IMG/VR virus record: IMGVR_UViG_3300044640_001495
Location: 186,001-250,000 of that record
Strand: one strand, 5' to 3'
Length of the DNA stretch: 64,000 bases
A program made the translations under genes and the position numbers. The first letter of the stretch is position 1. Each line of letters opens with the position of its first letter. Below are positions 48,159-58,243 of the stretch, one piece after another. The notes beneath the pieces were generated by a model that had not been told where the DNA came from, ran no database searches, and was given only the letters and a program-made list of their open reading frames with translations.

Positions 48159-51100
48159 ATGGCTGAATTTAAACTAGGTAGATTGAGATTTGTATGGAAG
48201 TCAGACTGGGTAACCGGCACTACATACTTCAAAGATGACATCGTTGCTTATGGTGGCAAAACATTCTTATGCGTGGTGGGTCATACTGCTGCCGCTGATT
48301 TTTACACCAATTTAGATAATATTCCCACTAAGTGGAATCAATTCAGTGACGGCCAAGATTGGAAAGGCAACTGGGGATCTTCAACGCTGTATAAAATCAA
48401 CGACATAGTGAAATATGGCGGATACCTGTACATCTGTAATGACGGTCATACTAGTTCAAGCACACTAGAAGCTAATCAAGGCGATTGGGATATATTTGCA
48501 GAATCGTTTGATTGGCAAAATGCTTGGTCCACTGGTTATGTCTACAAGGTAAATGATCTTGTAAAATATGGTGGTTACGTTTACCTATGTAACACAGGTC
48601 ATACTTCAGCTGCCACCGCAGCATCAGGTCTTGAAGCCGATCAAGCCAAATGGGATCTATTCAACAAAGGACTTGATTGGAAAGGTGTATGGAGTACTTC
48701 GGTACGATACAAGGTGGGAGATCTTGTAAAGTATGGCGGAAAAACCTATGTGTGTAATCTACATCACACATCAAATGCCAGCGCAGCATCTGGTCTTGAA
48801 GCCGATCAAGCCAAATGGGACTATTTCAATGAAGGCATAGAATACAAAGGACAATGGGTAACAGCCACTAGATACAAAATTAATGATGTGGTAAAAAATG
48901 GTGGCGGTACTTATATCTGTGTGATTGAACACACAGGCGCCGGCAATTTTACCACAGACTACAATGCCGCACGTTGGAATCAATTTGTTGAAGGCATAGA
49001 ATTTGAAGGTGAATGGTCCGCAGGCCCTACCTATCAACCAGGTGATATTGTACGCTACGGCGGCAACAGCTATATCGCTAAAACTGCACATATTTCTTCA
49101 GGTGGATCTCCTCCAAGCACCAATACCACTGATTGGGACCTGTTTACTACAGGATTTAGATTGCAAGGAGATTGGAATTCAGGCACAGCCTACAAGATTG
49201 GAGAGATTGTTCGCCTTGGTGGATACACCTATGTGGCCACAGCGGACAATACCAATCAGTCTCCGCCTAATGCCAGTTACTGGAGTCTGCTGAATCAAGG
49301 TATAGATTGGGAAGGTGATTGGGTATTAGCATCTAGTTACGTGTTAGGTGATGCTGTGAAGTTTGGAGCCAACAGCTACATTGCTGTTCAAGCACACACA
49401 TCTACTACCGGCCTAGATAGACCAGACAACGACACTATCGGTGCCTATTGGAATTTGTTGACAGCAGGTAATGAAGAATCTGCACTGTCGGCCACAGGTG
49501 ATCTAGTATATTATTCAGGTGGCGGACCCACAAGACTACCAGTTGGCGACGAAGGACAAGTTTTAACTGTTGAAAACGGTTTGCCTACTTGGAATTACTT
49601 TGGTCAAGTGGCCAAGGTGTTTTATGTTGCGCCACACGGAGTAAATTCTCCTGCGCCAACATACGGAGTCACTGTGGACAAGCCATGGGCCAGCGTAAGG
49701 TATGCCTGTGAGCAGATCACTAATGGTACAGAATATCCTAATGCTGCCTATTTGCTCAAGCAGAACAGAACATTTATACAAAAAGAAATTGTAGAATATG
49801 TGAATTATCAAATCACCTATTACACAACCACAGTGCCTACACCGTCCAGCATTTGGTACAACTTTGTAAACGACAGTATTTCCGCATGCCAACGCGACAT
49901 GGGATTAATTGTTGATGCCATTGTACATGATCTTACACATACTGGCAATGTTAAAACTCTTGAAGCCACTGAATCTTATTTTTCAGCAGGTGTATTGATT
50001 GCAGCTATCAATGATGAAGAGTTTCAATTAATTGAGGCAGTGAACTACGGACTTGTATTAATATCTCGTATACTGGCTAATCTTGCTCCAGCTCAAAACT
50101 ATCAAACACTTAATGGCATTGGCGCAGGCAGTAGAATCAAACAGATTATTGATGCTGCATATACTGCTGAAGCCACTGCTTACACTCAGTGCGAGTCGTT
50201 GGCAGGCATACTCACAGCAGCGTTGGCCGCAGGTGTAGACACCGGTCTTCCAGTGTTGAATACTCCCGGATATACCCTACAGGTCAAGACCGGACAATAC
50301 TATGAAGTATTGCCAATTCCAGTTTTTCCAAACACAGCCGTTGTAGGTGATGAACTGCGTTCTACTAGAATTAGTCCTGCAGGCAGCTACACATCAGCCA
50401 ATGACAAAGCCAAATCAATTGCTACTTTGCAAAGACTGCAATCCATCACAGATGAAATTATTACCAATGCGGCAGTTACTCCTACAACAGGAAATATAGC
50501 CACACAGGACACCACATCACAAAAAGCAGGTAATGTAGGTAGTGCAACAGCAGTGTCTTCAGTGTCTGCAAACGCTGCTGAAATCAAAGACATTGTTACA
50601 AACAATACTCCAAATGCCTATGTAAAACCAACTCCAACAGGCGGAACTGGTAATGCATTTACCGCAGGATACTTTGATGCTGCTCGTTTGATCAATGCTA
50701 ACAAGGCGTTCTTGCAAGACGAAGTCAGCGAGTGGATACTGGCACAAATTGCTGCAAGTACCGTAGGATTCGTTGGATTTACCTATACCGGCACACGTAG
50801 AACTAAATGTGAACGTGATGTAGGACTGATTGTTGATGCAGTGGTCTATGATTTGACCTACGGTGGAAATCTAGCAACTCAAATTGCTGCTAGATCATAC
50901 TACAGTCTTGGCGTATTCCTTGAGCCAGCAGCAGAACTAGCACCAGCATTGGCAGTACAATTACGTATCAAAGATATCATTGACAATATTGCCACAGGCG
51001 ATACTGCCGGTTGGACAAAAACTACAGCACTATCACAAGATGTTTCTGGTACAGCAGGATCAGCGCCAGCAGCTACCGCTGCTCAAGCACGTATTCAAGA

Positions 51101-54100
51101 AATATATGATACCATTAACACTGGTACTGAACCAACTACCATAGTACCAGATATCACTTGGCCAGCTGCTGCTTTGATCACTGCTAGAACAGCATTGAAC
51201 ACTGCTAGAACAACTATTCGCAGCAATGCCGTACAGCATGTGAAGAAATTATTTCCTACATTGAGTTTTGACGAAACACTGTGTTCACGTGATGTGGGAT
51301 ATATGGTAGACGCTCTAGGATTTGATCTAATGTTTGGATCAAACTTTTTGTCAATACAAAGTGGACTGTCATATCAAAGAGGCACTACATCAACACTGGT
51401 GGTTCTAAATTCACAACTAGCAGCGCAACAGGCTGTGATTGATTTTATATCTGTTGAAGCACAAAAAATTGTGGCTACAGGAGCTGTGGTACTGGCTGAC
51501 GGACTGTGGACTGATATCATCAACTATGCCAATACCGGCACAGTGCCGCTTACTGTTGGCACCAATAGTCCCACAGAAGATCTTGACAGAATTAACGGTG
51601 CAAAAATACTGCAACTAAACAAAGAATTTATGGTTGCAGAAGCCAATGCCTATATTGCTGACACATTCAAGGCCACAGTAACATCGTCAGACGCCGCTAC
51701 TGATGTATTCACCTGCAGTTCACAGACATGGATGGTAGCTGGAGACACAGTGAGATTCACAGGCACTGTGTTTGGCGGAATTGCTATTAACACAACCTAC
51801 TATGTTTTGTCAACAGGACTAACAGCAACAACATTTAAGGTTTCAACCAGCCTAAACGGCACAGCAGTTGATCTTGGTGCGGCATCAGGCTCAATGGTAG
51901 TCAAATGGTATTACAATTCTGCTAGCTGTGAAAATGATGTTCGCAACTATATTGAATCTATTGCCTATGACATGGTATACACAGGCAACTACAAATCAGT
52001 TCTAGCTGCTAGATACTATAGAAATTCATTAACTGGATCTAAACTTGAAGATCTGTTCTACTTCAAGAACGGATCAGGTCTACGCAATTGCACACTGACT
52101 GGACTCGACGGCAGTTCCGATGGTACCAATACAGGATATCAAAGTGCGTTGACTACTACGGCCAACGAATACGGCACCTACAGACCACGTGCAGGAGCCT
52201 ATGCATCACTAGATCCAGGCTGGGGTCCTAATGACACCAGTGCATGGGTAACCAACAAATCAACCTATGTTCAAAACGTTACCACATTTGGTATCGGTTG
52301 CGTGGGTCAGAAAATTGATGGCAGCTTACACGCAGGCGGCAATGATTCTATCGTGTCCAACGACTTCACCCAGGTATTGAGTGACGGTATTGGAGCATGG
52401 ATTACCAATCTAGGTCGTGCAGAACTTGTGTCAGTGTTCTCTTATTACAACTACATCGGCTATCTAGCTGAAAATGGTGGTAAGATTCGTGCTACTAACG
52501 GTAACAACTCATACGGAACATTTGGTGCTGTAGCAGAATTCATAGATATTTCAGAAACACCTGTCACAGGTACAATCAACAACAGAGGCACAGAAGCCGA
52601 TGTTCGCAGTGTGCTCACAGACGGCACTCAGATTCTACTGCATGAATTTGGCAATGCTGGTTCGGAAAATTCATCTGCATCATTTACCATAAGCGGTACT
52701 GGAATTTCAGTGGCCACTGTGGCAGATGAATTTAGAGATGGAGCTGTATTTCAAGTAAGACTGACAGATCCAGGAGATTCTACTGGTCCTGGCGGAGTTG
52801 GTTACATCACAGCTCAAAGTCTAGCACAGGCAGGAAACACAACTCAAATTACCCTGGCAGCTTCTGATATCAACAGTTCAGCAGCCTATGTTGGCATGAG
52901 CATTTACATGATTGGCGGCTTAGGAGCAGGTCAATACGGATACATAAACTCCTACTCCGCAGCCAGCAAAGTGGCCACAGTGTACAAAGAAAGCACAGGC
53001 ACCCCAGGTTGGGATCATGTGATACCAGGTACACCTATTGTGGCTGCCATGGATCTTACTTCTAACTATCAGATCACTCCTAGACTGCAATTTTCAGCAC
53101 CACCCTTTACCAAAACCACTGCCGACTTGCCAAGCAGTCAAACATGGTCAGATGTGGTGTTCGGTGATGGATATGCTGTTTATAGTGGTGTGGCTTCAAC
53201 AGTATCAAGCGGCTCAGGTAGCTTGGCCACATTCAACGTCACTAGACGCTATGGCATCTACTCAGTAACTATACAGGCCGGCGGAGTGTTGTATACGGTA
53301 GGAAATACCTTGACCGTTCTAGGATCAAGTCTAGGCGGCACATCTCCTGCCAATGATATCACAGTCACAGTAGCCGCAGTTACTTCGCCTGGTGGCGCAA
53401 TAACTAGATTTACCAGCAGCGGAACAGCAGTAACAGCCAAATTTGTAGCCATAGCAGGCGGTGTAAATTCATCTACTAACGCAGCCGCTACCAGTCTAGA
53501 CGGCATAACATGGACAGCAATGACCATGCCATCGTCACAGCAATGGTCAGCCATTGCCTACGGTGTGGTCAGCAATGTCAGCTATTATGTGGCAGTGGCT
53601 AGAGAAAGCTCAGTGGCTGCATATTCTAGAGATGGTGTAAATTGGACAGCTTCCAATCTAAATGAAGTTGCTGACTGGTGCGACATTGACTACGGCAACG
53701 GTGTATTTGTTGCTGTATCAGAAAGTGATTCTAGTTCAACATTCAGAGCATGGAGTTCAGACAACGGCATTAATTGGAACACCACTACATTCGCATCGGG
53801 CGCCAAGGCCATTGCCTATGGTTTCAGCAGATTTGTTGTGGTAGAAGGCAACTTCTCCAACGCAGTGGCATATTCAACCAACGGTGCTACATGGACAGTG
53901 ACCACATTGCCAAGCAATGATGACTCTACAGAATCAAACTGGGTAGACATTGCCTACGGTAATGGACGCTATGTTGCAATTTCAGATAGTTCTGCAATGG
54001 CAGCATACAGTTTCAACGGTGCCACATGGTACAAGAGCAACTTGCCTAGCATTGCTGAATGGAGTTCTATCGGTTATGGTCAAGGCGTATTTTATGTTAC

Positions 54101-56519
54101 CAGTGCAGGAGATGCAGCAGCAACTTCGCCAGACGGTGTCACTTGGACTCTAAGAGACGGTTCATATGCATCCTTTGATATCACAGAGACCGCACAGAAC
54201 GTAAACACTGCCTATGCAGAGACAGCTACATTAACAAGTGGCACATGGAGTGATGTTATTTGGACCGGCACACAGTTTGTTGCTGTTGGTTACAGCGGTG
54301 CAGCTGGTCTAGTTGCAACCAGCACAACCGGTACATCATGGACTAATGCTACATTGCCCACAGTTAACAGCACATATGAATATACCACAGTGGCCTATAA
54401 CGGCTCAAACCAATATGTTGCAATCATTGGCGGAAACGGCGGCACTAGAAATATTGCTACATCTCCTGATGCAGTGACCTGGACAGGAGCACTGAACGCT
54501 CTAACTACTGTTTCTTTTTGGAAAGACCTAGCCTACGGCAACGCAACTTATGTGGCCATAATGGGAGATCTCAACAGGATCAACTATTCAGCCAACGGAA
54601 CAACATGGACATCAGTAACGCTAGGCGGTGTAGCGTCGAGTGAGATGAGTGCTATAGCTTATGGTGCAATCGGTGGAACTAACTACTTTGTTACCGTTGC
54701 TGGTTATTCAACAGGTAGTCAAGTATCTTCTTATTCTACAAATAACGGTGTTGCTTGGACTTCAGCTGCTTCACTACCTAGTTCAGACTTCTGGGCAGAT
54801 GTGGCATTTGGCAACAGCAGATTTGTTACTGTTGCAGGCGGAACAGGTTCTACTTCAACCAAGGCAGCATATTCAACCAACGGCACAAGTTGGACAGCAG
54901 CAACGCTACCAGGTGCAGCCACACGTTGGAACAAGATTGTCTACGGTGGCGGAGCATTTACTGCATTTGCTTACAACTCAAATAGAACTGCTTACTCAGT
55001 AGACGGTATTACTTGGGTTGAAGGAAATACACAAGCAGCCACTAGAAACTGGGGACCTGCAGCATACGGAAACACTAAAAACGTTGTATTAGCGACAGGC
55101 ACAGCAATCGGATCTTACAACGACTTTGCATTGAATACCAACTATCTAACCACTTCAAGCACAACTACCAAGTTAAACGTCAATGACAGAATTAGATTTA
55201 TCAGCGATTCTGCAGGTTCTGAAATATTTGGTGGAGTTAGAGCTGACTCAGGTGGCCAGTTATGGTATTATGTAACCAGCGTGGTTGACTCAACAAGATT
55301 TACACTGTCACAAACACTGGGTGGTGCTAATATTACACTGACCACAGGCAGCGGTTCTATGTTGGCTTTATCATCCAAGACCTATGTGGCCAGTGCGTTG
55401 GGCAACAACAACGGTACTCCAAATTGGGTGGTATTGGCGCAGAACAGCCAAGGAGTGCAAAATATTAGACAAGGTGCTACAGCTCGTGCTCGTGCTTATG
55501 TGTTAGATGATGCACTAACAGAAATTTGGATACATGAGCCAGGATCGGGTTATGTGACTGCTCCAACAATGACCATTACTGACCCTAATAACACAGGTGC
55601 AGATGCTCCTACTGTGGTACGTATTGGTAATGGTGCTATTGCACAGCCAACATATACCAATAGAGGCACAAGTTACTCGGCTGCGGCTACTACTATAATT
55701 GGCAACGGTTATGCCGATAACTATCAGGTGGGAACTTTTGTGGGATTCACTGGTCTCAGTGGTATTCCAACAGCTGGTTCAAACGTGCAGATAGCTGGCA
55801 TAGATGACATATGGTACAGACTGGTCAATGTTTCCAGCGTGTTGCCTTTGGCTGATGGCACCTACTCTGCTACTCTGCAGGTAAGCCCACCAGTTGGTGT
55901 TGCTGAAGCTCCAGAGCACTTGAGCGGCGGAATTATAAGACGTAGATACAGTCAGGTACGACTAACTGGACACGATTTCTTGGACATAGGTACAGGCAAT
56001 CAAGTGAATACCAATTATCCAGGACTGCCAGTTACTGACCCGATTCCTGCCAATGAAACCATAGGCAGTGGTGGTGGTAGAGTATTCTACACTTCAACGG
56101 ACCAGGACGGTAACTTTAGAGTTGGTGGATTGTTTAACGTTGAGCAATCAACGGGTGTTGCAACGCTGAATGCTGACGCTTTTAACATTGCAGGATTGAA
56201 CGAGTTGAGTTTGGGCTCAGTGGCACTAGGCGGTTCAGGTGCAACAATTACTGAATTCTCAACAGACCCGTTCTTTACACAAGATTCCGACAATATTATA
56301 CCTACACAGCGAGCAATTAAAGCCTACATTACCAGCCAAATTGGCGGCGGCGGGTCTAGTTTGAACGTAAATAGTCTTACAGCCGGTGTTATATTTGTGG
56401 CCGGACAAACTATTACTACAACTACAAATGTGGCAATAAACATAAATACTAAGGTGAATTTCAAAGGCGGTATTGCTGGTTTACCCCTTGTGTTAAATTA
56501 CTTCTTACTAAACAATTGA
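48159..56519 (+). CDS. Giant tail fibre/appendage protein B (2786 aa), paralogue of A
   Basis: Same architecture as 42569 (MAEFKL.R start; YSQVRLTGHDFLD.G.GN and GGRVFYTSTDQDGNFRVG C-terminal block), with extra helical CxRD repeats and a second propeller. Confidence 0.8.
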   Translation: MAEFKLGRLRFVWKSDWVTGTTYFKDDIVAYGGKTFLCVVGHTAAADFYTNLDNIPTKWNQFSDGQDWKGNWGSSTLYKINDIVKYGGYLYICNDGHTSSSTLEANQGDWDIFAESFDWQNAWSTGYVYKVNDLVKYGGYVYLCNTGHTSAATAASGLEADQAKWDLFNKGLDWKGVWSTSVRYKVGDLVKYGGKTYVCNLHHTSNASAASGLEADQAKWDYFNEGIEYKGQWVTATRYKINDVVKNGGGTYICVIEHTGAGNFTTDYNAARWNQFVEGIEFEGEWSAGPTYQPGDIVRYGGNSYIAKTAHISSGGSPPSTNTTDWDLFTTGFRLQGDWNSGTAYKIGEIVRLGGYTYVATADNTNQSPPNASYWSLLNQGIDWEGDWVLASSYVLGDAVKFGANSYIAVQAHTSTTGLDRPDNDTIGAYWNLLTAGNEESALSATGDLVYYSGGGPTRLPVGDEGQVLTVENGLPTWNYFGQVAKVFYVAPHGVNSPAPTYGVTVDKPWASVRYACEQITNGTEYPNAAYLLKQNRTFIQKEIVEYVNYQITYYTTTVPTPSSIWYNFVNDSISACQRDMGLIVDAIVHDLTHTGNVKTLEATESYFSAGVLIAAINDEEFQLIEAVNYGLVLISRILANLAPAQNYQTLNGIGAGSRIKQIIDAAYTAEATAYTQCESLAGILTAALAAGVDTGLPVLNTPGYTLQVKTGQYYEVLPIPVFPNTAVVGDELRSTRISPAGSYTSANDKAKSIATLQRLQSITDEIITNAAVTPTTGNIATQDTTSQKAGNVGSATAVSSVSANAAEIKDIVTNNTPNAYVKPTPTGGTGNAFTAGYFDAARLINANKAFLQDEVSEWILAQIAASTVGFVGFTYTGTRRTKCERDVGLIVDAVVYDLTYGGNLATQIAARSYYSLGVFLEPAAELAPALAVQLRIKDIIDNIATGDTAGWTKTTALSQDVSGTAGSAPAATAAQARIQEIYDTINTGTEPTTIVPDITWPAAALITARTALNTARTTIRSNAVQHVKKLFPTLSFDETLCSRDVGYMVDALGFDLMFGSNFLSIQSGLSYQRGTTSTLVVLNSQLAAQQAVIDFISVEAQKIVATGAVVLADGLWTDIINYANTGTVPLTVGTNSPTEDLDRINGAKILQLNKEFMVAEANAYIADTFKATVTSSDAATDVFTCSSQTWMVAGDTVRFTGTVFGGIAINTTYYVLSTGLTATTFKVSTSLNGTAVDLGAASGSMVVKWYYNSASCENDVRNYIESIAYDMVYTGNYKSVLAARYYRNSLTGSKLEDLFYFKNGSGLRNCTLTGLDGSSDGTNTGYQSALTTTANEYGTYRPRAGAYASLDPGWGPNDTSAWVTNKSTYVQNVTTFGIGCVGQKIDGSLHAGGNDSIVSNDFTQVLSDGIGAWITNLGRAELVSVFSYYNYIGYLAENGGKIRATNGNNSYGTFGAVAEFIDISETPVTGTINNRGTEADVRSVLTDGTQILLHEFGNAGSENSSASFTISGTGISVATVADEFRDGAVFQVRLTDPGDSTGPGGVGYITAQSLAQAGNTTQITLAASDINSSAAYVGMSIYMIGGLGAGQYGYINSYSAASKVATVYKESTGTPGWDHVIPGTPIVAAMDLTSNYQITPRLQFSAPPFTKTTADLPSSQTWSDVVFGDGYAVYSGVASTVSSGSGSLATFNVTRRYGIYSVTIQAGGVLYTVGNTLTVLGSSLGGTSPANDITVTVAAVTSPGGAITRFTSSGTAVTAKFVAIAGGVNSSTNAAATSLDGITWTAMTMPSSQQWSAIAYGVVSNVSYYVAVARESSVAAYSRDGVNWTASNLNEVADWCDIDYGNGVFVAVSESDSSSTFRAWSSDNGINWNTTTFASGAKAIAYGFSRFVVVEGNFSNAVAYSTNGATWTVTTLPSNDDSTESNWVDIAYGNGRYVAISDSSAMAAYSFNGATWYKSNLPSIAEWSSIGYGQGVFYVTSAGDAAATSPDGVTWTLRDGSYASFDITETAQNVNTAYAETATLTSGTWSDVIWTGTQFVAVGYSGAAGLVATSTTGTSWTNATLPTVNSTYEYTTVAYNGSNQYVAIIGGNGGTRNIATSPDAVTWTGALNALTTVSFWKDLAYGNATYVAIMGDLNRINYSANGTTWTSVTLGGVASSEMSAIAYGAIGGTNYFVTVAGYSTGSQVSSYSTNNGVAWTSAASLPSSDFWADVAFGNSRFVTVAGGTGSTSTKAAYSTNGTSWTAATLPGAATRWNKIVYGGGAFTAFAYNSNRTAYSVDGITWVEGNTQAATRNWGPAAYGNTKNVVLATGTAIGSYNDFALNTNYLTTSSTTTKLNVNDRIRFISDSAGSEIFGGVRADSGGQLWYYVTSVVDSTRFTLSQTLGGANITLTTGSGSMLALSSKTYVASALGNNNGTPNWVVLAQNSQGVQNIRQGATARARAYVLDDALTEIWIHEPGSGYVTAPTMTITDPNNTGADAPTVVRIGNGAIAQPTYTNRGTSYSAAATTIIGNGYADNYQVGTFVGFTGLSGIPTAGSNVQIAGIDDIWYRLVNVSSVLPLADGTYSATLQVSPPVGVAEAPEHLSGGIIRRRYSQVRLTGHDFLDIGTGNQVNTNYPGLPVTDPIPANETIGSGGGRVFYTSTDQDGNFRVGGLFNVEQSTGVATLNADAFNIAGLNELSLGSVALGGSGATITEFSTDPFFTQDSDNIIPTQRAIKAYITSQIGGGGSSLNVNSLTAGVIFVAGQTITTTTNVAININTKVNFKGGIAGLPLVLNYFLLNN
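48627..48820 (+). repeat. Identical 29-bp direct repeat (48627-48655 and 48792-48820) within the N-terminal repeat array
   Basis: GGTCTTGAAGCCGATCAAGCCAAATGGGA occurs twice. Confidence 0.9.
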
Positions 56520-56532
56520 TGGAGATCAGAGA

Positions 56533-56853
56533 ATGGCAACAGGATTATTAGGTCAAGCGGCACCGGCCGCAGCAACATACACTACACTGTACACAGTGCC
56601 TGCAACTACTTTTACAGTATTGGGCCTCAGTCTCTGTAATCGCGGAACAACCACAGTGTCAGTGAGAGTGGCGTTGGCCACATCAGCAACACCAACAAAC
56701 TCAGAATTTATAGAATATAATGCTGAAATTGGTGCTAACGGAGTATTGGAAAGAACCGGTATCATGATGAACGCAAACAAATTGCTGGTAATCTATGCTA
56801 GTAATGCAAACGTATCGGCCAGTGCCTTTGGCATTGAAACTTCAACATTATAA
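56533..56853 (+). CDS. Small beta-sandwich virion protein (adaptor paralogue 3)
   Basis: TTLYTVPA..FTVLGLSLCNR..VSVRVALA..FIEYNAEIGANGVLERTGI. Confidence 0.7.
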   Translation: MATGLLGQAAPAAATYTTLYTVPATTFTVLGLSLCNRGTTTVSVRVALATSATPTNSEFIEYNAEIGANGVLERTGIMMNANKLLVIYASNANVSASAFGIETSTL

Positions 56854-56874
56854 AATATTAGGAGATAATATAAA

Positions 56875-57201
56875 ATGGGACGACAAGTATCATCCTTTGG
56901 AACAGATAGTGTAACAAACAGAACTGTGACAACATCACAGTCAGTGCTAGCCGGCGAACGCATATTTGCAAACGCCACATCAGCATCGTTTACTCTGACA
57001 CTGCCTGCTTCACCTAGTGAAGGGGACACTATACAAATCATCGACGTGGCAGGAATTTTCGCAACAAATCCTGTTACCGTTGCAAGAAACGGATTAAAAA
57101 TCGCCAATCTTACAGAAGATTTGATTTTGAACCTCAACAACGCAGCAGTGACCTTGATATATTCCGGTGCAACATTTGGCTGGGTATTCATTGGACCATA
57201 A
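56875..57201 (+). CDS. Stand-alone fibre-attachment domain (T4 gp9/gp10/gp34 N-terminal-like)
   Basis: FTLTLPASPSEGDTIQIIDVAG.FATNPVTVARNG.KI....EDL.L...NAAVTLIY.G.T.GW. Confidence 0.65.
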   Translation: MGRQVSSFGTDSVTNRTVTTSQSVLAGERIFANATSASFTLTLPASPSEGDTIQIIDVAGIFATNPVTVARNGLKIANLTEDLILNLNNAAVTLIYSGATFGWVFIGP

Positions 57202-57213
57202 TCGGAACTTATA

Positions 57214-58242
57214 ATGGCAAAACTATCTGACCTATTATCTACAAGAGAGATTACAGCCAACCAGAATAATCTGGAAAAGGGCAAGGTCTGGGTCGTAAGT
57301 CCAACTGCAATGGCCACTTGTATTAGAAGTGACAACTTGTGGTGTTGGACATCTCCGGGTTGTGGAACACTCACTATTGAAATGTGGGGTGCTGCTGGTA
57401 GTGGCTCTCGCATGTGTTGCTGCGGCTTTGGACTACCTGGAAATGCACCTGGCTATACCAAAAAAACTCTAGCTGTATTTTGCGGATCAAACATTTGTGG
57501 CTGTCCAGGCCAGGCCTGCAATGCGCATGATCTTTGCTTCTCAGGATGTAGTCTACCCACATATTTGCAGTGGAAACAGGCTCGAGACCTATGCGGATAC
57601 ACCAGCGGTTGCATGTGCGCTCAAGGTGGTCGAGCAGGTACATCTATCTGTTCCACTGGTACCGGCCCCTACTGCTGTTTCCGTGCTGCAGGATTTTGCA
57701 ATTCACAATTTACTTCTGGTGCTGCTGGTTGCGGTATTATCTGCAATCACTGCTCAGGAGGCTTCCTTGCTTGCGGTTATGGTGGCGACATCAACTGCTG
57801 CGGCTGTATTTCATACATGCACTGGATGTGCGACATCGGAAACGCAAGACCCTGTTATGTACACCAATTTATTGCTTTTGCAGCAGGTATATTTGCTGAA
57901 CAGGGTGGTATAATTGCATCCAAGCCCGACGAAGATCCAGAATACTCACAGTGGTCAGGTGCAGGATTCATGGAACACATGCATACTCTACATGCTACCA
58001 GTCGTTCGCCCACTGGCGGCGTTCCTTGGATGGGATGTTGGACCGGTGGTCAATTCTGCGGTTGCTATGAAAACTCTGGCTGTGTGCCATATTCACCTTA
58101 TGGTGTAGGCGGAGCTGCACCTATGCCTTGCGATGGTGTCAGAGATCACGGCAAACGTGGCGGCCACGGTGCCATACGATTAACATACAGAGGTTCGGGC
58201 GCCTTGAATCAAAACTGCGCAGTACTAGGAAGGGGAATATAA
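57214..58242 (+). CDS. Cys/Gly-rich fibre-tip/adhesin-like protein 1
   Basis: IEMWGAAGSGSRMCCC..GNAPGY..K..GGHGAIRLTY glycine-rich domain frame; about 34 Cys in 342 aa. Confidence 0.7.
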   Translation: MAKLSDLLSTREITANQNNLEKGKVWVVSPTAMATCIRSDNLWCWTSPGCGTLTIEMWGAAGSGSRMCCCGFGLPGNAPGYTKKTLAVFCGSNICGCPGQACNAHDLCFSGCSLPTYLQWKQARDLCGYTSGCMCAQGGRAGTSICSTGTGPYCCFRAAGFCNSQFTSGAAGCGIICNHCSGGFLACGYGGDINCCGCISYMHWMCDIGNARPCYVHQFIAFAAGIFAEQGGIIASKPDEDPEYSQWSGAGFMEHMHTLHATSRSPTGGVPWMGCWTGGQFCGCYENSGCVPYSPYGVGGAAPMPCDGVRDHGKRGGHGAIRLTYRGSGALNQNCAVLGRGI

Positions 58243-58243
58243 A

